Assembly: GCA_003144275.1 (NCBI GenBank)
Contig: NJBF01000014.1
Coordinates: 30,001-62,000, forward strand
Reading direction: 5' to 3'
DNA length: 32,000 bases
Source: Candidatus Heimdallarchaeota archaeon B3_Heim
GTDB lineage: Archaea; Asgardarchaeota; Heimdallarchaeia; Hodarchaeales; Hodarchaeaceae
In this document: in pieces, positions 1-8,472 of the stretch
Position numbering within the stretch: position 1 is the stretch's first letter
Layout: each line of letters begins with the position of its first letter
Program-made: the position numbers and the translations under genes
The notes under the pieces: generated by a model
Seen by the model: the letters and a program-made list of their open reading frames with translations, nothing else
What the model was told of the DNA's origin: nothing
Database searches by the model: none

Positions 1-1902
1 AACTACACTATTCTCTATTATTAATAGTCTTGAATTTAACGTTTGACGGTCTTCATTGAATTCTAACTCGTCCTTTCTATCCATAAGGATTCTTTTAATC
101 GCAATTTTCTCCTGGATTATATCTATTAATCGTTCCAAATTAATTGCATTCGGTATACCGAATAAAATTGTATTCTGAAACTTTCGAAATTTTTCTCCTC
201 TGAACTTTATCCAAGAGTCCAAATTTATTTTATGGAAATCTAGTGATAACACAACCAGTTTTAATTTTGTATCATCAGGGATTTCTTCTGAGGATTCAGG
301 CCAAACAACAATTTTTATGGGATAGTCAGTTTTCTGTGCCCTAAATTTTTCTTTAATTTCATGTAGGGCATCATCTACAAATTTATGTTTTAATTCCTTA
401 ATTATTTTATTCATATTTGGAGCTTCAGAAAGAATAAATCTATTACCTTTCTTATGAAGGAATTCTGACGTATGTATAAGAGAACCGAGCACTTCTGAGA
501 CTAATACTATGTTTACTTCAGGTCTCCAAATAGCTAAATTGATTTCCTGATGTAAAGCTCCATAATTTTTGATTGAGTGAGGGATTGAATTAAGGAATAT
601 TGCAGCAATAATGTCTCTTCCTAATTCTTCCCACTTATCCAAAGTCATAAGAGTCTGGGTTGGTTTTACAAACATATCTAGTTCGTGAATCAGAATTTCT
701 GTGAATTCTGATGGAAGATGACGAAAAAATAGTAGATTCTGAGACGTTTTTGTGAAATTAATATCTGATTGATTAATAATCGAGATATTCCGTTGATCTA
801 TTCTTAGTTCGTATAAGAGTTTAGCTAATATGCTTAAAATAGTTCTTGTACCTTGAAACGTTGATTGTTTATTCCATTTTTCAATTAGGATATCAATTAA
901 TGCTGGATGAAAAGGGTATGCTTTTTCCATAAGAGAACGATAGGAATTTGTTGCAGTATTAACAGGAAAATCTTTCTTATTATCATAGTAAAACTGCGAA
1001 AATGTTTCAACAATTTGATTTAATGAATCTCTATCTAATACATCTTCTATCAGTTTCTTTTGGATAATTTGGTAAAGATCAGTTCTTTCTGATGGAATAG
1101 CCGAGGAGGCAAGCCGACCCAAAATTTGATCAATCTCTATGAGTAGTGGTTTATCATCACTATGGGTTGCTTGGTACTCTCTATCAGGGAGAGTTATGAT
1201 TAGAATCGATTTTTTAAGAGATCGCATACATTCGGTAAGTTCTTGCAGGAAAATAAGCGTTTGAAGTCCTAGATTAGAGTCATTAACTCGCACTCCTCTT
1301 GCTTTTGCCATGTATTCAGTAATTTCATCCAATAATATTACAATAGGTTCACATGATTGTAAAAGAGTAAAAAGACTTGCTTTACCAGGAGAAATACGTT
1401 TTTGGTCATTGTCTTGGACGATTTTATATCCTTCATTTCCTCTTACCTGATACGCAAGCTCTCCCCAAAGTGTGTATATATGGCTATCTGTCTCTTGACG
1501 CCCCTCTAAAGGGTTAAGATGAGTTCCAATAATTCTCACAGTTTTAGGATTGCACGAAAGGGTACTGACAGATATGTTCTGAGAAAAAAACCTCCGATTA
1601 GTCAAAAAATGGTGAATGGCAATTAAACTGTGTGTTTTTCCTCCACCAAACCGGGTTTGAACTCTGATTATACTGTTACCCTCACCTGTTGTTATTTTCC
1701 TCTGAATAGACTCGAGAAATTGAATTAAACCGCTTGTGAAATGAGTAGTTTTCACAAAAAGCTCTGGATCTCGATACATTAGATGGGCTACTCCCGTTAA
1801 GACATCTCCCAAATCCGCTACCAAAAGATCCTCTCGTTTCCCTAAGGATTCAATAAATTGATAAGGTTTAACAACTTTAAACCAAGGTTGCATAAATATC
1901 AT
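1..1902 (-). CDS. DUF499-family P-loop (AAA+-like) ATPase, 3'-truncated by the window edge (>630 aa); absent from the ORF track
   Basis: Manual translation from ATG 1902 (or 1893): MIFMQPWFKVVKPY...LLVADLGDVLTG...YRDPELFVKTTHFT...RVQTRFGGGKTHSLIAIHH (Walker A, about 1627-1647) and EPIVILLDEITEY (Walker B). The PW..V.P / ADL / Y.DP..F / QT.FGGGKTH pattern is typical of DUF499. Segments checked at both ends of the frame, including position 1, are open. Confidence 0.85.
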   Translation of the reverse strand, partial: MIFMQPWFKVVKPYQFIESLGKREDLLVADLGDVLTGVAHLMYRDPELFVKTTHFTSGLIQFLESIQRKITTGEGNSIIRVQTRFGGGKTHSLIAIHHFLTNRRFFSQNISVSTLSCNPKTVRIIGTHLNPLEGRQETDSHIYTLWGELAYQVRGNEGYKIVQDNDQKRISPGKASLFTLLQSCEPIVILLDEITEYMAKARGVRVNDSNLGLQTLIFLQELTECMRSLKKSILIITLPDREYQATHSDDKPLLIEIDQILGRLASSAIPSERTDLYQIIQKKLIEDVLDRDSLNQIVETFSQFYYDNKKDFPVNTATNSYRSLMEKAYPFHPALIDILIEKWNKQSTFQGTRTILSILAKLLYELRIDQRNISIINQSDINFTKTSQNLLFFRHLPSEFTEILIHELDMFVKPTQTLMTLDKWEELGRDIIAAIFLNSIPHSIKNYGALHQEINLAIWRPEVNIVLVSEVLGSLIHTSEFLHKKGNRFILSEAPNMNKIIKELKHKFVDDALHEIKEKFRAQKTDYPIKIVVWPESSEEIPDDTKLKLVVLSLDFHKINLDSWIKFRGEKFRKFQNTILFGIPNAINLERLIDIIQEKIAIKRILMDRKDELEFNEDRQTLNSRLLIIENSVV

Positions 1903-2021
1903 CTCAAATTTGATAGTCTAAAAGGGTTAGGAGGGGTATCCTCACTATCCAATAGCATTTGTTTATGTGCCTGAATACGAATCCTTTTTTTATGACTGGA
2001 TAAAGTTCTTTCGGGATATGA

Positions 2022-2213
2022 ATGAAAAAGCTGGTTAAGGATGCAACGAAAAAAGTAGGTAAAGAAGCTTTAAATATCTCAACAAGAGTGGTTTCTGGAA
2101 CAATATCCGAGATTGCGAAAGAATCCATTAAAGAAGAATTGGAAAAGAGTGGAGTAACTGAATCATTAAAGGAAACATTTTCAAAAAGGGAGAAGATGAG
2201 GACAGACGAATAA
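2022..2213 (+). CDS. small hypothetical helical protein (63 aa)
   Basis: ATG start, K/E-rich amphipathic helical composition, co-oriented and 13 nt upstream of the cupin ORF. Confidence 0.5.
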   Translation: MKKLVKDATKKVGKEALNISTRVVSGTISEIAKESIKEELEKSGVTESLKETFSKREKMRTDE

Positions 2214-2226
2214 ACTCAATAAAAAG

Positions 2227-2586
2227 ATGCATGAGAATTCTATTATGAAAATAAAAGAAACTATGAGTATTGAATCAGGGAATATTACGATATATAACTC
2301 AACTGGCACATCAATTCAGTGGTTGTGGGCAAAAAAAGACGGAGCTCCTAATTTTGCTCTCCGTAGATTCGTAATTGAGCCTGGAGGCCAAATAGGAGTT
2401 CATGACCACAATGAGGAACATGAAATCTTTATTCTTGCTGGAAATGGCTCTATTGCCAATGATTCAGGGGATAAATATAATATAAAAGCGAATGATACAA
2501 TTTTTGTTCCTCCGAATGAACCCCATGGTTATGTTAACACAGGAAATTGTGATCTAGTATTCCTTTGCATAATTCCTCTCATGTAA
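2227..2586 (+). CDS. cupin-domain protein (cupin_2 barrel)
   Basis: APNFALRRFVIEPGGQIGVHDHNEEHEIFILAGNG (HxH...E metal motif 1) and GDTIFVPP-like NDTIFVPPNEPHGYVNTG (motif 2). The start may be a downstream ATG. Confidence 0.92.
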   Translation: MHENSIMKIKETMSIESGNITIYNSTGTSIQWLWAKKDGAPNFALRRFVIEPGGQIGVHDHNEEHEIFILAGNGSIANDSGDKYNIKANDTIFVPPNEPHGYVNTGNCDLVFLCIIPLM

Positions 2587-2606
2587 GACAATCAGGAAGC
2601 AGAAAT

Positions 2607-3971
2607 ATGAAAGGAGTTTATGGCTCTGAATGGCTGGCTACTTACCATGAAGGTGATTCACGGCTTCAAAACAAACGTCATGGAATATTAAGGATAAATC
2701 CAGAAAAAAAAAGAATAGAATTTGCTGTTCAGACAAAAGAAACTGAACAGGCTCCCTTCATTCTGGTAAATTATCCTATTCAATACTTACAAGAGATTAA
2801 GAAAATCGAAAAGAGAAAAAACTTCAGAAAACAGGAATTTCTCGAATTTATTTTTGGAGATTCCCCCAATGTAATAAAACCTCTCTTTTCATTTAATTTA
2901 GTAGAACTAGACACCATTTCAAAAGAAATTCTCCGTTATCAACAAGAATTCAAAAAGAAGTCATCAGAAAAGAAATCCTCCCCAGAACCTGATATTGTCA
3001 AAGTTCTTTCTAATTTGTTGATGAAGCCAGTTGAACAACTACAGCATCTTTTTGATGATATAACCTCCCAGTTACGTCTTTTTACGCAGAAACCAAAATC
3101 TTTTGGGTCAAAAATTCTAACAACGCTTGATCCCCCTCAAGAATATGAAATACAGGAAGTATCTCTGCATAATAGAGTGATTCATTTTTATCAATCAACT
3201 AACAAATTCAAGAGTACATTCATCATGCTTTCACCTTTGGGAGGGAAATTGGAAGATTTATTCCCAATTAATAAATCCTTAACTATGGGTGGTTTTAATG
3301 TGGTTTTTCTTGGAGTTAGAGGATTTACTTCTCCAATAGAGCAAGACACAGATTTTAAATTGAAAAACTATGTTGACGATCTAAGAACTACCATTGAGTT
3401 TCTAGCACCTAATAAAAAAGTAATTTTAGGTGCACATTCCATTTTATCGGCAGTAATATTTGAAGAATTCATGAAAGAAGAATACAATAATATTGAGAAA
3501 TTTGTGGTTCTGTCAGGGATTCACCGTGCTCCGAATACTTTCAGGAATGGAGTAAAAGCATTACCACCAGTCAAACTCTGGGGACCATTTAAAGGACAAG
3601 TGAAGAAGATGGCACCAAAAGTACTTTTCACTAAGAAGTGTCCATCTGATATTCATCAACCCTTTGTAAAAGAGGCCTTTACTGTTCCTGACAAAGTATA
3701 TTCGAAAATTTTCAGAGATTTTTTACCAAAATTCGATTACAGTTCGACTTTAACTACGATTAATAAGCCCCTCCTATGTTTATGGGGAAACGAGGATCAA
3801 ATTATCCCCATCGAATTGAGAGAAGAAATGAGACGGACCTTACCAAATGATTATTTTTATTATAAGACTTTACCTGGAGGACACATGCTCCCCTATGAAT
3901 CTCCAACTCAAGTCGGGCAAGAAATAACCAAGTTTATTAATGCAAGAAGGAGTAGAATCCATATTGAGTAA
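2607..3971 (+). CDS. alpha/beta-hydrolase fold protein with an N-terminal PH-like domain
   Basis: C-terminal half has the hydrolase pattern: GFNVVFLGVRGF, YVDDLRTTIEFL, VILGAHSIL (nucleophile elbow), LCLWGNEDQII (acid), GGHMLPYE (His). Likely start ATG 2607 (MKGVYG); the ORF track begins at 2565, overlapping the cupin. Confidence 0.8.
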   Translation: MKGVYGSEWLATYHEGDSRLQNKRHGILRINPEKKRIEFAVQTKETEQAPFILVNYPIQYLQEIKKIEKRKNFRKQEFLEFIFGDSPNVIKPLFSFNLVELDTISKEILRYQQEFKKKSSEKKSSPEPDIVKVLSNLLMKPVEQLQHLFDDITSQLRLFTQKPKSFGSKILTTLDPPQEYEIQEVSLHNRVIHFYQSTNKFKSTFIMLSPLGGKLEDLFPINKSLTMGGFNVVFLGVRGFTSPIEQDTDFKLKNYVDDLRTTIEFLAPNKKVILGAHSILSAVIFEEFMKEEYNNIEKFVVLSGIHRAPNTFRNGVKALPPVKLWGPFKGQVKKMAPKVLFTKKCPSDIHQPFVKEAFTVPDKVYSKIFRDFLPKFDYSSTLTTINKPLLCLWGNEDQIIPIELREEMRRTLPNDYFYYKTLPGGHMLPYESPTQVGQEITKFINARRSRIHIE

Positions 3972-4290
3972 TGAAACAAAAAATCAATTTTTTACAATAA
4001 AATTTAGTGATAAATCCGAATGGAATAATTTTAAGGAAGATTTTAAGAGTATTTTACGTGAACATGAAGTAAAATATCAGTATTCTGAGAAAGTTCCAAC
4101 CTTTCACATTCTATACAAGAGTGAAGACATAAAATTACGAATTGATTGGAAAGACGAGAATCTTATCGTAAATCTTCATACATTAAAGATATTAACTCCA
4201 GAATCTCAAGAAGCGTGTAATGAGATATACGAATTACTTCTTCTCTTTGAAGGAAAGCTTGAAGATGGACGTTCTCCCTATGATTGGTAA
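3940..4290 (+). CDS. hypothetical protein (~110 aa)
   Basis: ORF overlaps the end of the hydrolase gene (operon-like); globular alpha/beta-like composition; start may be TTG 3964. Confidence 0.7.
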   Translation: MQEGVESILSNETKNQFFTIKFSDKSEWNNFKEDFKSILREHEVKYQYSEKVPTFHILYKSEDIKLRIDWKDENLIVNLHTLKILTPESQEACNEIYELLLLFEGKLEDGRSPYDW

Positions 4291-4294
4291 AACA

Positions 4295-4471
4295 TCAATC
4301 AGAATATGTTTTTTCGAGTGCTTTAATGAACTCTTTTAATAGTGAGTAAAAAGGACGAAGTTGTCCTTCTTCCCATTTTGCCGCAATTTTTTTGTAAAGA
4401 TCTCCTTCCAAGATGAGTTGAAGTCCAGTAGAGGTTTGCTGTACTGATATTCCCTCTGGTTCCATAGCCAT
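4295..4471 (-). CDS. small hypothetical protein (58 aa), below the ORF-track size cutoff
   Basis: Manual translation MAMEPEGISVQQTSTGLQLILEGDLYKKIAAKWEEGQLRPFYSLLKEFIKALEKTYSD*. It fills the otherwise empty gap, converges on the 4290 stop, and has a TATA-like element upstream. Confidence 0.6.
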   Translation of the reverse strand: MAMEPEGISVQQTSTGLQLILEGDLYKKIAAKWEEGQLRPFYSLLKEFIKALEKTYSD

Positions 4472-4525
4472 CACATAGCAATTTCAAAGGTGATAAATAA
4501 TACGAATCTAGCTAAAACTGCAGCG

Positions 4526-4538
4526 TATAAAGTTTTGC
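4526..4538 (-). promoter_or_regulatory. putative archaeal BRE/TATA promoter for the 58-aa ORF
   Basis: Minus strand reads GCAAAACTTTATA about 55 nt upstream of ATG 4471. Confidence 0.4.
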
Positions 4539-4543
4539 TAGGC

Positions 4544-4570
4544 AAAAATACAAAAAAAAGAGAGAGAAAA
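4544..4570 (-). terminator. T-rich archaeal-type terminator after porB
   Basis: Minus strand TTTTCTCTCTCTTTTTTTTGTATTTTT begins about 12 nt after the porB stop. Confidence 0.55.
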
Positions 4571-4581
4571 TGGGGGAGTAT

Positions 4582-5529
4582 TTAAACTCCACATTTTGCT
4601 TTAATTTCTTCCCAACGTTTATCGATATCTTCTTGGAACAACGTTATCAAATCGTCTCGCTGTTCAGGTTTATAAAGATGTCTAAATCGACCCTGAGCCC
4701 TTAAATATTCATCAATAGGTTTTTTCTTGCTTGGATCACTGGCAATACGAAGACTGGGACGATCCATTGTGTACTCTCCATCTATAACACGATAAAGAGG
4801 TTGGATACACGTTTGAACAGCTAATCTAGTGATTTCGATTGAAAGAGATGGATCGAATCGTTGTCCACGAGTACAAGAGGCATCCACATGAATAAAAGCT
4901 GGTCCTTCTACATCTAATCCCTGTCGAACCTTTTCAATCAGATCTTTAGGCTCTGCAGGAACTGCGGTTGCAACGAATGGAATTCGATGTGCAACTACGA
5001 TATCAACAAGAGGTTTTTTAAATTGGCCCTTACCTGGAACAACAGATCCTGCGGGGGATGTTGTGGTATTTGCAGCAAACGGAGTTCCGCTAGAACGTTG
5101 AATACCTGTGTTCATATAGGCTCCATTGTCATAACAGATATAGAGGAAATCATGACCTCGTTCCAATGCACCTGAAAGCGATTGCAAACCGATATCAAAT
5201 GTACCACCATCACCGCCAAACGCTACGATATCAATATGTTCGTCTTTAATCATGCCTTTACGTCGCATGGCATTATATGCAGCTTCAACTCCGCTAGCTA
5301 CCGCAGATGTGTTTTCAAAAGCTACATGTAACCAAGGTACTTCCCATGCTGTAAAAGGGTAAATTGTGCTTGCTACTTCTAAACAACCTGTCGCATTACA
5401 AACAACTGTAGGTTTATTGAAAGCCATTGTGACTTGACGTGCCATAGATCCCGCAGCACATCCAGCACATAAACGATGTCCACCTGAAAAATGAACTTTT
5501 TCTTTTGCATATTCTTTGAGTGTAGGCAT
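4582..5529 (-). CDS. porB: pyruvate/2-oxoacid:ferredoxin oxidoreductase beta subunit
   Basis: SGGHRLCAGC, NATGCLEV, WLHVAFEN, TPP-binding GGDGGTFDIG, YDNGAYMNTGIQRS. GGAGG at 5537-5541 favours ATG 5529 over the track start 5559. Confidence 0.96.
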   Translation of the reverse strand: MPTLKEYAKEKVHFSGGHRLCAGCAAGSMARQVTMAFNKPTVVCNATGCLEVASTIYPFTAWEVPWLHVAFENTSAVASGVEAAYNAMRRKGMIKDEHIDIVAFGGDGGTFDIGLQSLSGALERGHDFLYICYDNGAYMNTGIQRSSGTPFAANTTTSPAGSVVPGKGQFKKPLVDIVVAHRIPFVATAVPAEPKDLIEKVRQGLDVEGPAFIHVDASCTRGQRFDPSLSIEITRLAVQTCIQPLYRVIDGEYTMDRPSLRIASDPSKKKPIDEYLRAQGRFRHLYKPEQRDDLITLFQEDIDKRWEEIKAKCGV

Positions 5530-5540
5530 ATTCATTCCTC

Positions 5541-6716
5541 CTATTCTCGGACACCCCACCAGAAATAAGGAAGGTTTTCACCTTCATTAAAGCCTTGTAT
5601 TGATCGATTATAGATCTCAGTCCATTCTTTGACTAAGCAATCACGGCCTCCTAATCCATAGCAATACTCTGCCATGTAAGGCGTTTGTTTCGAATCAAAT
5701 AGTGTAGATTTGACATCTTGTCCCAAAATACCTCCAGGACTTCCGAAAGAATGTGCTCGTTCAACGGAAATAATACCCTTAATGTTCTTGGTCAGGGTAG
5801 AAAATTCGTTTCCGAACCAAGGACGATAAACCCTTACTTTGATAAGGCCCACCTTTTCTCCATTTGCGCGTAGTTCATCGATCGCTGTTCGGGCATTTCC
5901 AGCCCCACTTCCCATTGTTACAAAAGCATATTCTGCATCATCCATTTGGTAACTTTCAATGGGGTTGTATTCTCGGCCTGTTAATTTTTGCCAGTCCTTG
6001 AAAGTATCGATAATGATTTGTTTTGATCGTTGTTGAGCATCTCTTACTTGTGCTCGTGCTTCCATATAATAATCCTGCAAGTGTAATAACCCAATACTTA
6101 CTGGATTATCAGGATCTAATCGTAGAATGGATTTTCGTTCTCCACCAAGAAAGTCTGATACGAGTTCCCTTGTTACTGGTTCAACACCCTCTATCGCGTG
6201 AGAGAGGATGAACCCATCTATCCCGACGGCAACTGGGAGAAGAACTTCAGGGTGTTCGCCAATTTTAAAAGCCATTATTGTTTGATCATAAGCTTCTTGG
6301 TTGGTTTCAGCAAATTGACTAATCCAGCCACTATCTCTGAATAAAAGCTGATCTGTTTGTTCTCCATGAATATTGATGGGGCCAGATATTGCTCGATTAG
6401 CTATAGCACATACTATTGGAGTACGTGAGGAAGAGGCAATTTGCAAAATCTCATACATGAGCATTAGGCCTGCACTTGCAGAGGAAGTAAATACTCTACC
6501 ACCAGCAGTACTTGCTCCAATACATGCGGACATTGCTGAATGTTCTGATTCTACACATACAAATTCCGTATCAACTTCCCCATCAGCAACAAAATCAGAA
6601 AAGCGTTCAACAATAATTGTTTGGGGGGTAATCGGATAAGCTGCTACTACATCGGGATTGACTAATTTAGCTGCTTGGGCGATAGCATCATCGCCAGTAA
6701 CTGCAATTTTACTCAT
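5541..6716 (-). CDS. porA: pyruvate/2-oxoacid:ferredoxin oxidoreductase alpha subunit
   Basis: VVAAYPITPQT, VESEHSAMSACIGAS, TSSASAGL, NRAISGPINIH, YGLGGRD. ATG 6716 overlaps the porD stop (ATGA), with GGAGG at 6724-6728. Confidence 0.96.
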   Translation of the reverse strand: MSKIAVTGDDAIAQAAKLVNPDVVAAYPITPQTIIVERFSDFVADGEVDTEFVCVESEHSAMSACIGASTAGGRVFTSSASAGLMLMYEILQIASSSRTPIVCAIANRAISGPINIHGEQTDQLLFRDSGWISQFAETNQEAYDQTIMAFKIGEHPEVLLPVAVGIDGFILSHAIEGVEPVTRELVSDFLGGERKSILRLDPDNPVSIGLLHLQDYYMEARAQVRDAQQRSKQIIIDTFKDWQKLTGREYNPIESYQMDDAEYAFVTMGSGAGNARTAIDELRANGEKVGLIKVRVYRPWFGNEFSTLTKNIKGIISVERAHSFGSPGGILGQDVKSTLFDSKQTPYMAEYCYGLGGRDCLVKEWTEIYNRSIQGFNEGENLPYFWWGVRE

Positions 6717-7066
6717 TTCAAATCCTCCATGATAATTGCTTTTTCTCCTTTTCTCCCTGGACATTCATATGCACAGACACCACACCCTTTACAGTAGAAC
6801 ATGTCGAATTCAGGATGAGCTTTACCATCTTCACCTGCAACCATTGTAATGGCACTATCTGGACAGTAGAAATAACATTTATAGCAACTTGTGCAATTTT
6901 CTACTATTAAACGAGGTTGTTTTGCAGCCCAATCTCCTGTTCGGAAGAATTTGGCTGTTCCTGCAGGTGTGCTACCCGCCATGGGGAGTTTTTTGTAACC
7001 CCATTTCTCAGTCACCCATTTCTTGAATTCCTCATCACTAACATCTGTAGGTAATACGTCTGGCAT
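6713..7066 (-). CDS. porD: 2-oxoacid:ferredoxin oxidoreductase delta subunit (2x[4Fe-4S])
   Basis: TGDWAAKQP, CTSCYKCYFYCPD and YCKGCGVCAYECP ferredoxin motifs; GGAGG at 7077-7081. Confidence 0.95.
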   Translation of the reverse strand: MPDVLPTDVSDEEFKKWVTEKWGYKKLPMAGSTPAGTAKFFRTGDWAAKQPRLIVENCTSCYKCYFYCPDSAITMVAGEDGKAHPEFDMFYCKGCGVCAYECPGRKGEKAIIMEDLK

Positions 7067-7644
7067 TAGATTGTAACCTCCAAGTAAGAACGATTTATTG
7101 CTTTAATATTTTTATCAGAAATCGCTCCTTTCCCTTTAAAACGATTCTTAACTGCGGTTTCAAGGACTTCTAATTTGATAATTTTATTGTCAGTTACTTT
7201 ACACAAAGCACCCAATATTGCAGTGTTGGTAACAGCTAAACCAATCTCTTCTTTTGCAATTTTTGATGCATCGACAGTAGCTAACTTTACGTCAGGTCGC
7301 TTTTGTTTTATTGCTTGTACATCCGCTTTATTGGGATCATTGGTGTTTATCAGAATCAAACCACCTTGTTGTAATCCTGCAGTCACATCTATCTGACTAA
7401 GCAGAGATGGGTCCTGGACAACCACAATATCGGGTTCATATACTTCTGTCTTCATGTAGAACTTTTCGTCCGAAATACGGGCAAATGCAGCTATGGGTGC
7501 ACCGCTCCGTTCAGGCCCAAAAGTTGGGAAGGCGTGAACATGCTTATCTTCTAGTAGCGCAGCTTCTGCTATTAAATAACTACTAGTCATGACACCTTGC
7601 CCGCCTCTACCATGTAATCGGATATCTATTATATTAATTGTCAA
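7066..7644 (-). CDS. porG: 2-oxoacid:ferredoxin oxidoreductase gamma subunit
   Basis: IRLHGRGGQGVMT, FPTFGPERSGAP, NTAILGA; first gene of the canonical porG-D-A-B order; TTG start with upstream GGAG. Confidence 0.95.
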   Translation of the reverse strand: MTINIIDIRLHGRGGQGVMTSSYLIAEAALLEDKHVHAFPTFGPERSGAPIAAFARISDEKFYMKTEVYEPDIVVVQDPSLLSQIDVTAGLQQGGLILINTNDPNKADVQAIKQKRPDVKLATVDASKIAKEEIGLAVTNTAILGALCKVTDNKIIKLEVLETAVKNRFKGKGAISDKNIKAINRSYLEVTI

Positions 7645-7941
7645 AACAAGTACATCTCCTAGTTATTAAGAGTACAGTAATCGGCTCTAATAACCTTACT
7701 AGGCAAATAATTGTTCCCCATGAATAATATTAGTAATAATGCTTAACAATAATAAACATCAATTTCTCTCTCATTATCATTAGTGCAGGTCAAGAGGAGT
7801 GTATATAAGTAATCAAATATCAATTATCATAGAGTTATAATCAGAAGTTTTCCTATCAAATTAAGATCGTTAACGATACGACTTCAGAACTTCCTTGATT
7901 GGGGAAACAGTTCAGAACCGAGTAATAAGGGGCATGAATCA

Positions 7942-8466
7942 ATGAAGGATCAATATGTTTTGAAAATTTGTTCTTCAGGATCCTACCAAGTCGGCAAAAC
8001 CTCACTTATCAGACGATATGCAGAAGGAGCCTTTACTTCGAACTACATGCCTACAATTGGAGTCGATATCACCAGCAAAGTAATAACGGTCGACAACCAA
8101 GAAGTTAAGCTGATATTACATGATACTGCAGGTCAGGAAGTTTTTGGTAAGCTTCGTAGATTCTATTATGAAGGTTCTGTTGGATGCTTAATCGTTTATG
8201 ACATTACACGAAGAGATACTTTCGAATCACTAGAATATTGGGTAAATGATTATCGAAGCGTGCGAGGAGAGGAAAGACCCATTGCTATTATTGGAAATAA
8301 GATAGATTTGGAGGATAAAAGACAAGTGTCTACAGAAGAAGGTGTCTCAATGGCCAAATCATTCGGTATTCCGTTTTATGAGTGTTCAGCAAAAACTGGG
8401 GGAGATATTATTCCTGAAATCTATACAACGCTCGTTAAATTCAATATTGAAAAATTGGATGTTTGA
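7942..8466 (+). CDS. Rab-like small GTPase
   Basis: G1 GSYQVGKTS, G2 PTIGVD, G3 DTAGQE, G4 NKID, G5 SAK; RabF-like YYEGS and IVYDIT. Confidence 0.93.
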   Translation: MKDQYVLKICSSGSYQVGKTSLIRRYAEGAFTSNYMPTIGVDITSKVITVDNQEVKLILHDTAGQEVFGKLRRFYYEGSVGCLIVYDITRRDTFESLEYWVNDYRSVRGEERPIAIIGNKIDLEDKRQVSTEEGVSMAKSFGIPFYECSAKTGGDIIPEIYTTLVKFNIEKLDV

Positions 8467-8472
8467 GCTTAT

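Noticed and set aside
1904-2128. 74-aa minus-strand ORF
   Set aside because: Largely antisense to the more protein-like 2022-2213 ORF and covers the divergent promoter gap; no motifs. Not fully excluded, since its stop abuts the DUF499 start.
4582-7644. por operon as a novelty
   Set aside because: Canonical gene order and motifs; only the substrate specificity (pyruvate versus branched-chain) is uncertain.
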